A DNA stretch of 64,000 bases from Ranitomeya imitator (lineage: Eukaryota), in contig NC_091282.1 of NCBI RefSeq assembly GCF_032444005.1, positions 766,506,001 to 766,570,000 of the forward strand, read 5' to 3'. The position numbers and the translations under genes are program-made. Shown one piece after another: positions 22,801 to 34,800 of the stretch. The notes under the pieces were generated by a model that was not told the origin of the DNA, ran no database searches, and was given only the letters and a program-made list of their open reading frames with translations. How positions within the stretch are numbered: position 1 is the stretch's first letter; each line of letters begins with the position of its first letter.

Positions 22801-25800
22801 TCTTTATCTTTTCCAAGTCCATACTGTGTAGCCAATTAGGGTGAATCTTCCACTCCTTCCTGCTCCCGATCCGTGTCCCCACCGGCCGAAATTCCACCTC
22901 AACTGGACTATGGTCTGAAAGAGCCCTAGGCAAATATCTCACCTCCCCTACCATCGTGTCCAGTAAACAGTTACCCAGCGCCAAGTCAATCCTAGACAAA
23001 GTACCATGAGCTGGCGAGTAGCATGAGTACGTCCTTTCCCCATATGTCTAACTCTCCATAAATCAATCATACCTACTTCCCGGACATAGGTCCCAAACGT
23101 AGTGATATGTCCCCCTGTTCTATTCTGGGGATTTTTGTTTTTGTCCCAAAAGTCATCACAGATATTATTAAGATCGCCAATAATTAGAGATGGTAACGGT
23201 CCCCAACGCTCTACCCTCTCCAGCACCTCTCTTATCTTCTTACTTGAGTATGGGGGCGGAATATACAGGTCCTTCTCAAAAAATTAGCATATAGTGTTAA
23301 ATTTCATTATTTACCATAATGTAATGATTACAATTAAACTTTCATATATTATAGATTCATTATCCACCAACTGAAAATTGTCAGGTCTTTTATTGTTTTA
23401 ATACTGATGATTTTGGCATACAACTCCTGATAACCCAAAAAACCTGTCTCAATAAATTAGCATATTTCACCCATCCAATCAAATAAGTGTTTTTTAATAA
23501 CAAACAAAAAAACCAACAAATAATAATGTTCAGTTATGCACTCAATACTTGGTCGGGAATCCTTTGGCAGAAATGACTGCTTCAATGCGGCGTGGCATGG
23601 AGGCAATCAGCCTGTGACACTGCTGAGATGTTATGGAGGCCCAGGATGCTTCAATAGCGGCCTTAAGCTCATCCAGAGTGTTGGGTCTTGCGTCTCTCAA
23701 CTTTCTCTTCACAATATCCCACAGATTCTCTATGGGGTTCAGGTCAGGAGAGTTGGCAGGCCAATTGAGCACAGTAATACCATGGTCAGTAAACCATTTA
23801 CCAGTGGTTTTGGCACTGTGAGCAGGTGCCAGGTCGTGCTGAAAAATGAAATCTTCATCTCCATAAAGCATTTCAGCCGATGGAAGCATGAAGTGCTCCC
23901 AAATCTCCTGATAGCTAACTGCATTGACCCTGCCCTTGATGAAACACAGTGGACCAACACCAGCAGCTGACATGGCACCCCACACCATCACTGACTGTGG
24001 GTACTTGACACTGGACTTCAGGCATTTTGGCATTTCCTTCTCCCCAGTCTTCCTCCAGACTCTGGCACCTTGATTTCCGAATGACATGCAAAATTTGCTT
24101 TCATCAGAAAAAAGTACTTGGGACCACTTAGCAACAGTCCAGTGCTGCTTCTCTGTAGCCCAGGTCAGGCGCCTCTGCCGCTGTTTATGGTTCAAAAGTG
24201 GCTTTACCTGGGGAATGCGGCACCTGTAGCCCATTTCCTGCACACGCCTGTGCACGGTGGCTCTGGATGTTTCCACACCAGACTCAGTCCACTGCTTCCT
24301 CAGGTTCCCCAAGGTCTGGAATCGGTCCTTCTCCACAATCTTCCTCCGGGTCCGGTCTCCTCTTCTCGTTGTACAGCGTTTTCTGCCACATTGTTTCCTT
24401 CCAACAGACTTACCATTGAGGTGCCTTGATACAGCACTCTGGGAACAGCCTATTTGTTGAGAAATTTCTTTCTGGGTCTTACCCTCTTGCTTGAGGGTGT
24501 CAATGATGGCCTTCTTGACATCTGTCAGGTCGCTAGTCTTACCCATGATGGGGGTTTTGAGTAATGAACCAGGCAGGGAGTTTATAAAAGCCTCAGGTAT
24601 CTTTTGCATGTGTTTAGAGTTAATTAGTTGATTCAGAAGATTAGGGTAATAGGTCGTTTAGAGAACCTTTTCTTGATATGCTAATTTGAGACAGGTTTTT
24701 TGGGTTATCAGGAGTTGTATGCCAAAATCATCAGTATTAAAACAATAAAAGACCTGACAAATTTCAGTTGGTGGATAATGAATCTATAATATATGAAAGT
24801 TTAATTGTAATCATTACATTATGGTAAATAATGAAATTTAACACTATATGCTAATTTTTTGAGAAGGACCTGTACATTGCCGCTATACACATCAACACTC
24901 CATTTATTTTACCTTTCACCACCACATACTGACCATCCACATCCTCTTTTACCATTACCTCCTCATACTGCACCCCCCGCGGTAATGATCCTTATGCTCG
25001 TCGTTAACTCCTTGTCCTCCATTCTGGCAGAACAGACCGCGCTTCGAGATGTACTGCTCCAGCGACGTGATCCATATCAGGACATGCTCCGACTCCTGCG
25101 CCGCTCTCATGAACCTCATCCAGTACATCGCCAGCTACGGAGATCTGCACCCGCCCGCCAGACCCCACACTTCACCCGGAGCTCAGAAGAAAGCCATAAA
25201 GGTCAAAAGACAATGCGTCAATGTGTTATGGGGGCATGTCTCGGAGATGAAGGGTTTCCTATAACTTCTAGTTATGTTGCAGACTGATGCATCTACCGGA
25301 ACCCGGGGGCCAATGCTGGCCGAGGAAGAGCAGCAGATCCTGCGGGATCTAATGAGCGACGCCATGGAAGACACAGATATTTACCAAGATGCTGCACCAG
25401 CAGGATCACAGCTGAACGGTAACGCAGAAAATATAACATCAAGTGTGCGACTAAGGGGGCAGTAATGGCCGAAGTCTGCTATGGAGCCTTACTGTGTAAC
25501 CAGAAGCGGGTCTGTCCGCTCTATTGCCATGTCTGTGCATGGGTTAACACATGACCCATTGCTCTGCAGGGGAGCTGTATACACAAAACGGAAGATTTTC
25601 TTTTTTTAGTCAAGGCCATTTCCAAACTGGTGTAATCTTTATTTTCAATGCTTTGGAAACGGGAGGGTTTGCTGTAGTCGGGGGGGGCTCTGACCATGTG
25701 ACATACATTTCTCAGGTGCCTTTGACGGCCGATCCAATCTGCAGAAGGCGCGCTGCTCCGACCTTTTTTTGTTTCCTGATGAAAGTGGTACTCTGTCTGA

Positions 25801-28800
25801 AGAATCGAGTCCCACGTTCATGACTGCGACGCCGCATCTTATACGTGACGCTATTCTCGATGCTCCGCTGGAAAGCGACGATTTCTGCATCTTGTACGCG
25901 CCCAAGACGCCAGTCTCAGTAAGTCCTCTGCACTCCTTACAACGTATGCCTGCCAGCAATTTATACGAGATTTAAAAGATAACACCCAAAATATTTCACC
26001 ATGTAGTGATCTATGCTGCACCTGTCATTCAACTGGAAAGGACTCTCTGTGCTCCTGCCATCTAACACTCATCAGTGTCCGGGTTACTCTTGGCATCACT
26101 GATTGGCTGACCGCAGCAGGGCATATCCTATCACAATGCTCCTTGCAAAGTCCTTTTTAGCTGGATGACGCGCACCACAACCTCTTTCACTTTCCTTCCA
26201 AATTCTGTAAGCCTGAGCCGCTCCGATCGTCCATGTGATATCGCTCCGTGTTTCAGGATAAGAACGAGGAGCCATCGGTGAAGAAACTCGTTGATGACGA
26301 CATCGTGATTAAGGAGGACTATTTTTGCTCTCCTGGGAGAAAGTCTGACACCAGTAAAGCCCCCCTACACTTTCCAGTCCCGGTGGTCCGATATGTGGTA
26401 AAAGAAGTCTCCCTAGTATGGCATCTGTATGGGGGTAAAGACTTTGGGAATGCTGCATCTTGTAGTTCCCCTACTAAACATTACATGTAAGTATTTTGGG
26501 TGCAGTTGTTTTTTTTTGTTTTTTTTGTTTTTTTTTTAAGTTCCATAGAGACCATAGAATTATTAGTTGGGGAGGTGGAAACTACCGCAAAACAGTGACT
26601 CTGCATCGCTGACAGTATTAGTCCTTGTGCCATAATGGAAGCATTGATTGATTTGTGCTCAGGAGTCCGCACAGCTCGCCATCGAGTACTCCGACCAGGA
26701 GGAACAGCAGCGTGGTCCGCGGGGGCCGGGGGAGAAATCAAGACTTATTGATGGAGATCCAGCTGACCAAGGTACGGCAGTGTGTGCATACAGGGGCTTC
26801 GTCAAGTCTGAGTTCTCCTGCATGCTGGGAGTTGTAGTACTGCAGCAGACAAGTTCTGCTTTAATGTAAACTCTGCTGCTCAGGTTTCTCCTGATCTAAG
26901 AGTAGAGTTAGGAAAAACTGATTTTCTCTGCCGCAGTCTGGCATCCAGACCAATCCCCAATCCTGCGGCCAGCGTCTTTGCCCCATCTGGCATCCACTAG
27001 CCCTGGTGTGAAGTCACCGTGCTGCCTGGGAGAAGCGGCTAGGACCAGGCCAGTGCAGATCTATCGTGCTCCGCTCCAGCCAAGAGGCGCCATTCTCAGG
27101 ACTTTTTGTCTTTTTTAACAATGATCCTTTTTTGTGTCCAGGTTAAGTTCCAGCATGAAGTTTACCCGCAGGCTGACGAGATGGCCGAGTGCACGCTGTC
27201 TGAACAGCCGGTGTCACGCCAGGTGTTCATCGTCCAGGACCTGGAGATCCGCGACCGCCTGGCCTCGTCTCAGATGAATAAGTTCCTCCACCTGTACAGC
27301 AGTAAGGAGATGCCAAGGAAGGCACACTCCAACATGGTAAGACCGCCACGACAGATCGCTGGCATGTGCTGTCACTATATGGTCTTCCTGGACCCCCGCT
27401 GAGGATGAAGGGGCTGCACTACCCCCACATGTTGGGGGCACAAACTTTGATGCAGCATCTGCTATAACCACACACACTGCATCGGTCCCGGGTCTCTGCG
27501 CTTTCCTCCTGTCCTGATGCAGTGGGTCTGTACAGTTTCAGTCTTACTGGTCTATATGGTGGAATTATGAAGCCTGCAGGGTGATGGGGTTACAGACTGA
27601 GCACATGACTGGTAATGGGCGAGCGATACTGATCTTGGGGGAATCGCTACAGAGGAAGCAGTGACATCTGTGTCATATACATTGCCCCTGTCTGTGACAT
27701 AGTGCAGACTAACCGCCATATGCGGAGGCGGTATCCTTGTTTATCTCCAGATTCCATACAGCCGGCGGCCGTGCGAGGGGCCCGTGACCATAAGAGGGGC
27801 CTTATATCCGTCCTTTTAGTCCACTTCTAGGAACTCGCCAGGGTGTGACTGCACTTACTGATGGGGCTGCCGAGCTGCACTCCCCCCACACAGCAGTAAT
27901 GATTATACATGAATAAATGCCCGCCTGACACTCTCCGGCAGCTCCTAGCAGGCACGTGCCACCGCCGCCCATTGGTGCCCACATAGACAGACAGCTCCCG
28001 GCTTCAGTCTGTCCATCACGGCCTGGATTGCCCCCTGATGTAAGACCTTTGCACCGTCTCGCTGTGCTCTGTATCGCTCCAGTCTTGGAGCAGCGGATCG
28101 GCTTTGTTACATTGTTCTTTCCAGAAAACCCAGGTTCCATTTCTGTCTTCTTTCCTCAGCTGACAGTCAAAGCCTTACATGTCCGACCCGAGTCTTCCCA
28201 CTCCCCACAGGAATGTTGTCTGCGGGTGACGCTCCTGCCGCTGCGCCTCAACATCGACCAGGTAACCAGGATGTAACTCAGGATCAGTAATGTATGTACA
28301 CAGCGACCTCACCAGCAGAATAGTGAGTGCAGCTCTGGAGTATAATACAGCATGTAACTCAGGATCAGTAATGTAATATATGTACACAGTGACTGCACCA
28401 GCAGAATAGTGAGTGCAGCTCTGGAGTATAATACAGGATGTAACTCAGGATCAGTAATATAATGTATGCAGGGGCGGACACTAACAGCTTGGGGCCCCTG
28501 TGCAAGAAATGTCTGGGCCCCCCTCCTTGTCTCCTTTATTATGTATAATGCTGTCTCTTATTACTCGATGCCCTCTCTTGCTATGTACAGCACCGTCCCT
28601 TACATATCGGATTATATAGAGCCCTGTCTTTATTACATACCCTCCTCTCTTGTTAGATATATAATGCAATGACTGCTGATGGAGCATGGGAAAGCTTCTT
28701 TTCTAATGGAGGGGATAATGGGCTGGTCGTCTGGTCACCGGCTCCTCCATCAGCAGTCATTTTATATCTAACAAGAGGGGACTATATAATAACAGATGAA

Positions 28801-31800
28801 GCTGTGAATAACAAGAATACCCTATGTAAGACACAGCACTGTACAGAACAGCAGAGGAAGCTATATAATAATGGATGGCACCATATATAACTAGAGGATG
28901 GTACGTAATGAGGGACAGTGTTATGCATAATAAAAGAGGAAACTATGTAACTAAGGACTGTGCTATACATAAGTGAGTACACTATATACTAAGGGACTGT
29001 GCTATACATAATAAGTGAGTACACTATATACTAAGGGACTGTGCTATACATAATAAGTGAGTACACTATATATTAAGTGAGTGTGCTATACATAATAAGG
29101 CTACATCCCTGTATCTGTATGCAGTGTCTGTATCTGTATGCAGGGTTTGTGTGCTGCCTGCTCTTAGACGCATTGAGCATGTTCTATTCTAATCCTCAAA
29201 ATCGCATCAGAACAAAATATTTCAGATCTGTGATTTTCATGTATGAGTGAATGGACCTAGAAAACGGAGTCCGTGTGCCGTCCAATAAAAAAACCTGGAA
29301 GCACACGGACTTTTCACCCAAATGTGAGAATGTAGAATAAGAGATATTACAGATAACATCACCCCATGTCACACAGTGCAGATACAGAATAATATTTACA
29401 TCCAGGCACTTACCGCTGACATCACGTCTGATTAGAGCCGCCTTCTCCTGTTTGTTCTCATCTGGTCAGACCTTCATGACGACATCTCCCAGCCATGACT
29501 CGTCTTGTCACGATGATCATCGCAGCCCTGAAAATAACAAGGTCACATACATTGTATATATACATGTGTCTCCCCACGAATACAGATATGTACCCCACCA
29601 TTAATATACGATTAGCCATGCACCATTAAAAATATAACGTGATAAGCAGCACTGTGCCCCAGTAACTATAACCGACTCCCAATAATATAAATTTATTCAG
29701 TCTGTGACTCTGCCCAATTACCTGTAAGGCTATGTGCACACGGAAAATATGGAAGGTTTCTCATTACAAGCGAAGTGAATGAGATCCCTGAAGTCTTCTG
29801 CACACGTTGCTTATTTTTGCCTTGCAGATTTGCAGAAATTTCAAATCTGCATAATGTCAATTCTTTTTTAAATTCGTTTATTAAATCACATAAATCAAAT
29901 ATACATACATAGTTCACAAGTTCCCAGGTCAGTGCAATTACATTTTGATAGTAGTTTCATTGACAGAAATCTTAATACACCGATCGGGCTATATAAACTC
30001 AAAGTATTATAGTATGCCTTATACACTAAGAATCCTAAAACTAAACTATTTACTGCCAAAACAAAACCTTCTCCACCACATTAACAGAATAACGTTGAAG
30101 CTCGACGTGAACAACACTGTTTCTCAAACCTTAACATATTGAATCTAAGCCCTCAACCACGTGATGACATGGTGAGGTACGATGAGTTCCACAAATCCCA
30201 GATTTTATTACATTTCTCCAAACAACCTCTATTCTGATATAAAGTACGTTCATAAGGCACAATTAGATTTACTTGCTCTATCCAGGCCCTAAGTGATGGA
30301 TGTGTGGTGCCCATCCAACGCAAAGCGATTAACTTTCTTGCCAGGAAAAGTGTCTCTCTCAAGAAAATTAGAACATGATGGTCCCACATCTCCTCCTCCA
30401 ATACCCCAAATAAGCACACTAATGGAGTCACGGGAACGGGAATATGTATAAGGGAGGACAACAACGAGGTTACCTCTTCCCAATAAGAAAGAATAACTGG
30501 ACAATCCCATATCATGTGTATGAAATCTGCCTCCCCCATATGACATCTGAGGCATTCCGAAGACCGGGACCACCCAATTTTAAATAGCCGTAACGGGGTT
30601 AAATATGATTGATGTAGTATGTATAACTGTATCATTTTATTGTTAGCCGAGGGGGACACCTTGGTTGGGGACTCAAGGACCATTTCCCAGTCCTCGCCCT
30701 GAAGATCAGGCACCAGGACCCTCCACTTCTCCCTGGCCGGCAACAAAGCAGCATCGGCACCCACGGATAACATATAAGTATATAATGCAGAGATAAGACC
30801 GCGGGGCCCCTGTGACTTAAGGATCCCTATCAGCGGGAAGGAGGATATTGCTTGCGTCCCTTCCACGCTACGAATATGCGACTGAATCGCCGATCTAAGT
30901 TGGAGATAGCGAAAGAATTGAGGCCTTGGTATATTATACCTAAGTTGTAGTTGTTCAAAGGACATCAGGGCATCCCGATCATAAAGATCATCAAGCGACG
31001 AAACACCGTGTGATATCCAGAATTGAGCAGACGGGTGATTTAATAATCTCGGGAAATATTCATTATCCCATAGGGGCATTTCGGCTACAAATACCATCAA
31101 AGTGAATTACCCTTTTCACCTGCCGCCAAATTAGCCTCGCTAACCGTAGTAATGGTAGTAATCTAGGAATAGATGGTTTGTTTATTTCCAAGAAACCCAA
31201 TGGACAAACAATCCTGGCAGCATGGGCCAAATGGCTCTCTGAACTCGGCAGACATCCCCCAGGCATCCATTCTCCCAGAGCTCTAAGCTGTCCAGCTAAA
31301 TAATATAAAAAAAAATCCGGCAACGCTGCCCCCCCCATTTGCCTAGACCTGTGTAAAGTAGATAATTTAAGTTTGGGTCTAGCCTTTCCCCAGATAAAGG
31401 ATGTAGCCAATGAATTTAAGTTTGAAAAAAAGGATTTGGGGACCGGTACTGGACTATGTTGGAGGGAGTAGTTAAGCTTCGGGAGAAGTATCATTTTTAT
31501 CAAATTTATGCGACCTGAGACAGATAAAGGTAGTCTACCCCACATAGCGAATTTGTGTTTAACAAAGTCCAATAACGGGAGAACATTAAACTGTAGATCA
31601 AGTCTACTGTATTTTGTTATGATTATTCCCGGGTATTTAAAGCTAGACCCAACTGGTAACGGGGATAACATATCAAGGTGTGCAACTAAATTATGAGAAA
31701 GAGGCATCAAGGCAGATTTATCCCAGTTAATGTGTAGTCCCGAATGTCTGCCAAATCTCTCTATAACGGCAATCACATGTGGTAGAGTCTCTTCCACCTC

Positions 31801-34800
31801 ATCCATAAACACCACCATATCGTCTGCATATAGACCAATAGTATCCGTGCGATCTGCTATTGTGATGCCCCTAATAGATGATGTGGACCTCACACGAATT
31901 GCTAGTGCCTCTATCGCAAGGGCGAATAAGGCCGGAGAGAGAGGACATCCCTGACGAGTCCCTCTTTTTAAGGAGAATGATGCAGAAATAGAGTTATTAA
32001 TAATTATCCGGGCTTTCGGTTTCAAATATAATGCGGCTATCCATTTTTGGAATTTAGGACCAAAGTGATATCGTTGTAGACATGCAGACAGGAAAGGCCA
32101 CTCAAGAGAATCAAAAGCCTAGCCGCGTCCAGCGAGGCCATGGCCCATCTATTCCCAGGTACCAACGTGCTATATTGAGCTATTGATTGAACCCTCCTGA
32201 TGTTGATAGAGGTGCTCTTACCTGGCATAAAACCCGTCTGGTCTGGGTGTATAATATCCAGTATTACCGTATTTAACCTAGTAGCTAGAATTTTAGTGAA
32301 GATCTTATAATCCACATTAACTAATGAAATCGGACGATAAGATCCACATTCCAGGGGGTCCTTCCCTTCTTTCTTTAAAACTATAATGTTTGCCTCATAA
32401 TAGGAATCTGTCAAGGAAACACCTTCCCAAATCCCCTGAAAGACCTTCAAGAGGAATGGTGCCAGAATATCTTGATATTTCCTATACATCTCTATGGGGA
32501 AACCATCCGGGCCAGGCGCTTTACCGGAGGCCATATCTGTTATGGCCCTATTTATCTCATCAAGAGTAAAGTCTGCGTCCAAAAAAGCTTGCTGTATAGC
32601 AGTCAGTGTAGGGAATTCTATGTCCGATAAATAGTTTAGGCATTCCAAGGTATCTGAATCCCCTTTGGAACTATATAGCTCTTTATAGATAATGTCAATT
32701 CTTGCAGCGTATTTCACTCGAACTAATGAGTGGGGGAAAATACTTAACAAAAGCATGGCAAAAATGTTGCCAAAAAATAAATGTTTTATGCAGCGTCCTT
32801 CCTGCCAACACATTAGAACATGTAGCAGAATTTTCTCCTGCAAATCCTGAACGTGTGCACATAGCCTTAGTCCCTGTCCTGTGCTCCCCATTCATTGTAA
32901 GTCCTTTATAGCATCATAATTAATTTGGGGGTGGGAGAAGACATTATCAGGTACTGGAAGTACAAAATCTGGAGAGCAAATAAAGCGCAAATAGGGTCCT
33001 AACTGGTTAAGATCATTTGGTGCATCGGGGAGAGGTACGCTCACCTTGTCTTGTTGCAACTAAGAAACATGTAAAAAGCATGGATCAGCTGCTGCAGGAC
33101 ACAGGTCCAGAGACTGAAGGTAATGGTGAAACCGGGTGTATGCATCCTCCACCACCTCCCAATTTATTACAAGTCCCCTGACAGTCTTCTCCCACCTTTT
33201 AGTTCATTATAAAGTGTCCTATGTACCTTATCACCTTCTCTCCCCAATAAATGTTAAGTCCTCAATAGCATCACAATGAATTGTGAGATGTGGGAGGACG
33301 CTATTGGGGGATTAGCACCCTCCTCTACTACCAAATTCATTTCACATACATATCTTATGTCCTTCTCCCCCTCCTCCTGTTCATCAGTCCATTGTAAGTC
33401 TACCTTACTCCCACACCAATCACCCACATCCATCATTGTTCTCTCCACCACCTCCATCATTGTCTTCTTCACCACCCCAATCATTGTTCTCCCCACCAAC
33501 TCATCATTGCACTCTCCCAAAGCCCATTGTTCTCCCCCACCACTCCCATTATTGTCCTCTCCCCCACCCCATCATTGCCCTCCCCATCACCTCCATCATT
33601 GTTTTCTACCCCACCACCCCCATCATTTTTCTGTCCCACCACCTCCATCTTTTCCCTCTCCAACAACCTAATCATTGTTCTCCCCACCACTCCATCATCA
33701 TACCCTCCACCACCCTCATCGTTGCCCTTTCCACCTACAGCATTGCCTTCACCCCCATCAATGCCCTTTCCACCACCTCCATCATTGCCTTCTTCCCCAT
33801 CACTACCATCATTGTCCTTTCCACTACCCCCATCATTGCCCTCTCCAACACACACACACACACACACACACACACTACCACTCGCCTCTCTGCACGTTTG
33901 CCACAGAATCACCGTTGCCGGCAGCTTCCTCTGTGGCACAGCCACGCACTGAATGATGACGTTATCCAGCCCGCTGCTGTGTGAGACATGAAACTGAGCA
34001 CAGATCCCTGCAGCTCCGCCACACATGAGGGCAATCTGATTAGAGAAACGGTCCAGATTGTCCTCATTGTTAGCCCCCATCCACCTCCTGACTCCGTTGT
34101 AGCCGCATCGGCCGCACATGCTGTGTGTCTGCCCCTGAATGTATGTATACAGTGACTTCACCAGCAGAATAGTGTGTGCAGCTCTGGAGTATAATACAGG
34201 ATGTATACAGTGACTTCTCAGGCTCTTTGCTTTTATGTGGATTATGTACACTGCGTGCAGAATTATTAGGCAAGTTGTATTTTTTATCACATGATACTTT
34301 TTATACATGTTGTCCTTCTCCAAGCTGTTCAGGCTTTATAACCATCTACCAATTAAGTAAATCAGATGATGTGCATCTCTGTAATGAGGAGGGGTGTTGT
34401 CTAATGACATCAAAACCCTATATAAGGTGTGCTTAATTATTAGGCAACTTCCTTTCCTTTGGCAAAATGGGTCATAAGAGATTTGACGAGCTCTGAAAAG
34501 TCCAGAATTGTGAGATGTCTTGCAGAGGGAGGCAGCAGTCTTGAAATTGCCAATCAAGCGTTTCATGGCAAATAGCCAAAAGGGTCGCAAGAAGCGTGTG
34601 GGCAAAAAAGGCGCAAAATAACTGCCCATAAATTGAGGAAAATCAAGCGTGAAGCTGCCAAGATGCCATTTGCCACCAGTTTTGCCATATTTCTGAGCTG
34701 CAACGTTACTGGAGTAACAAAAAGCACAAGGTGTGCGATACTCGGGGACATGCCCAAGGTAAGGAAGGCTGAAAAACGACCACCTGTGAACAAGAAACAG

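Larger units (their letters stand above)
19595..24976 (-). mobile_element. 5'-truncated L1-clade LINE (APE endonuclease partly truncated, RT, C-terminal Cys motif), interrupted by a Tc1 element
   Basis: Poly(A) tail (T run at ~19593-19611); 17-bp TSD CCGCGGTAATGATCCTT at 19578-19594 and 24977-24993; MYIPPPY reconstituted across the Tc1, GDLNN, SRIDL, LSDHSP, QGCPLSP, YADD, CPRC...HMMWTCP; several frameshifts. Confidence 0.95.

Noticed and set aside
33254-34323. Long ORFs on both strands (33276..33671, 33436..33984, 33481..34323 and others)
   Set aside because: They arise from a stop-poor low-complexity C/A-rich repeat; the translations are compositionally trivial.
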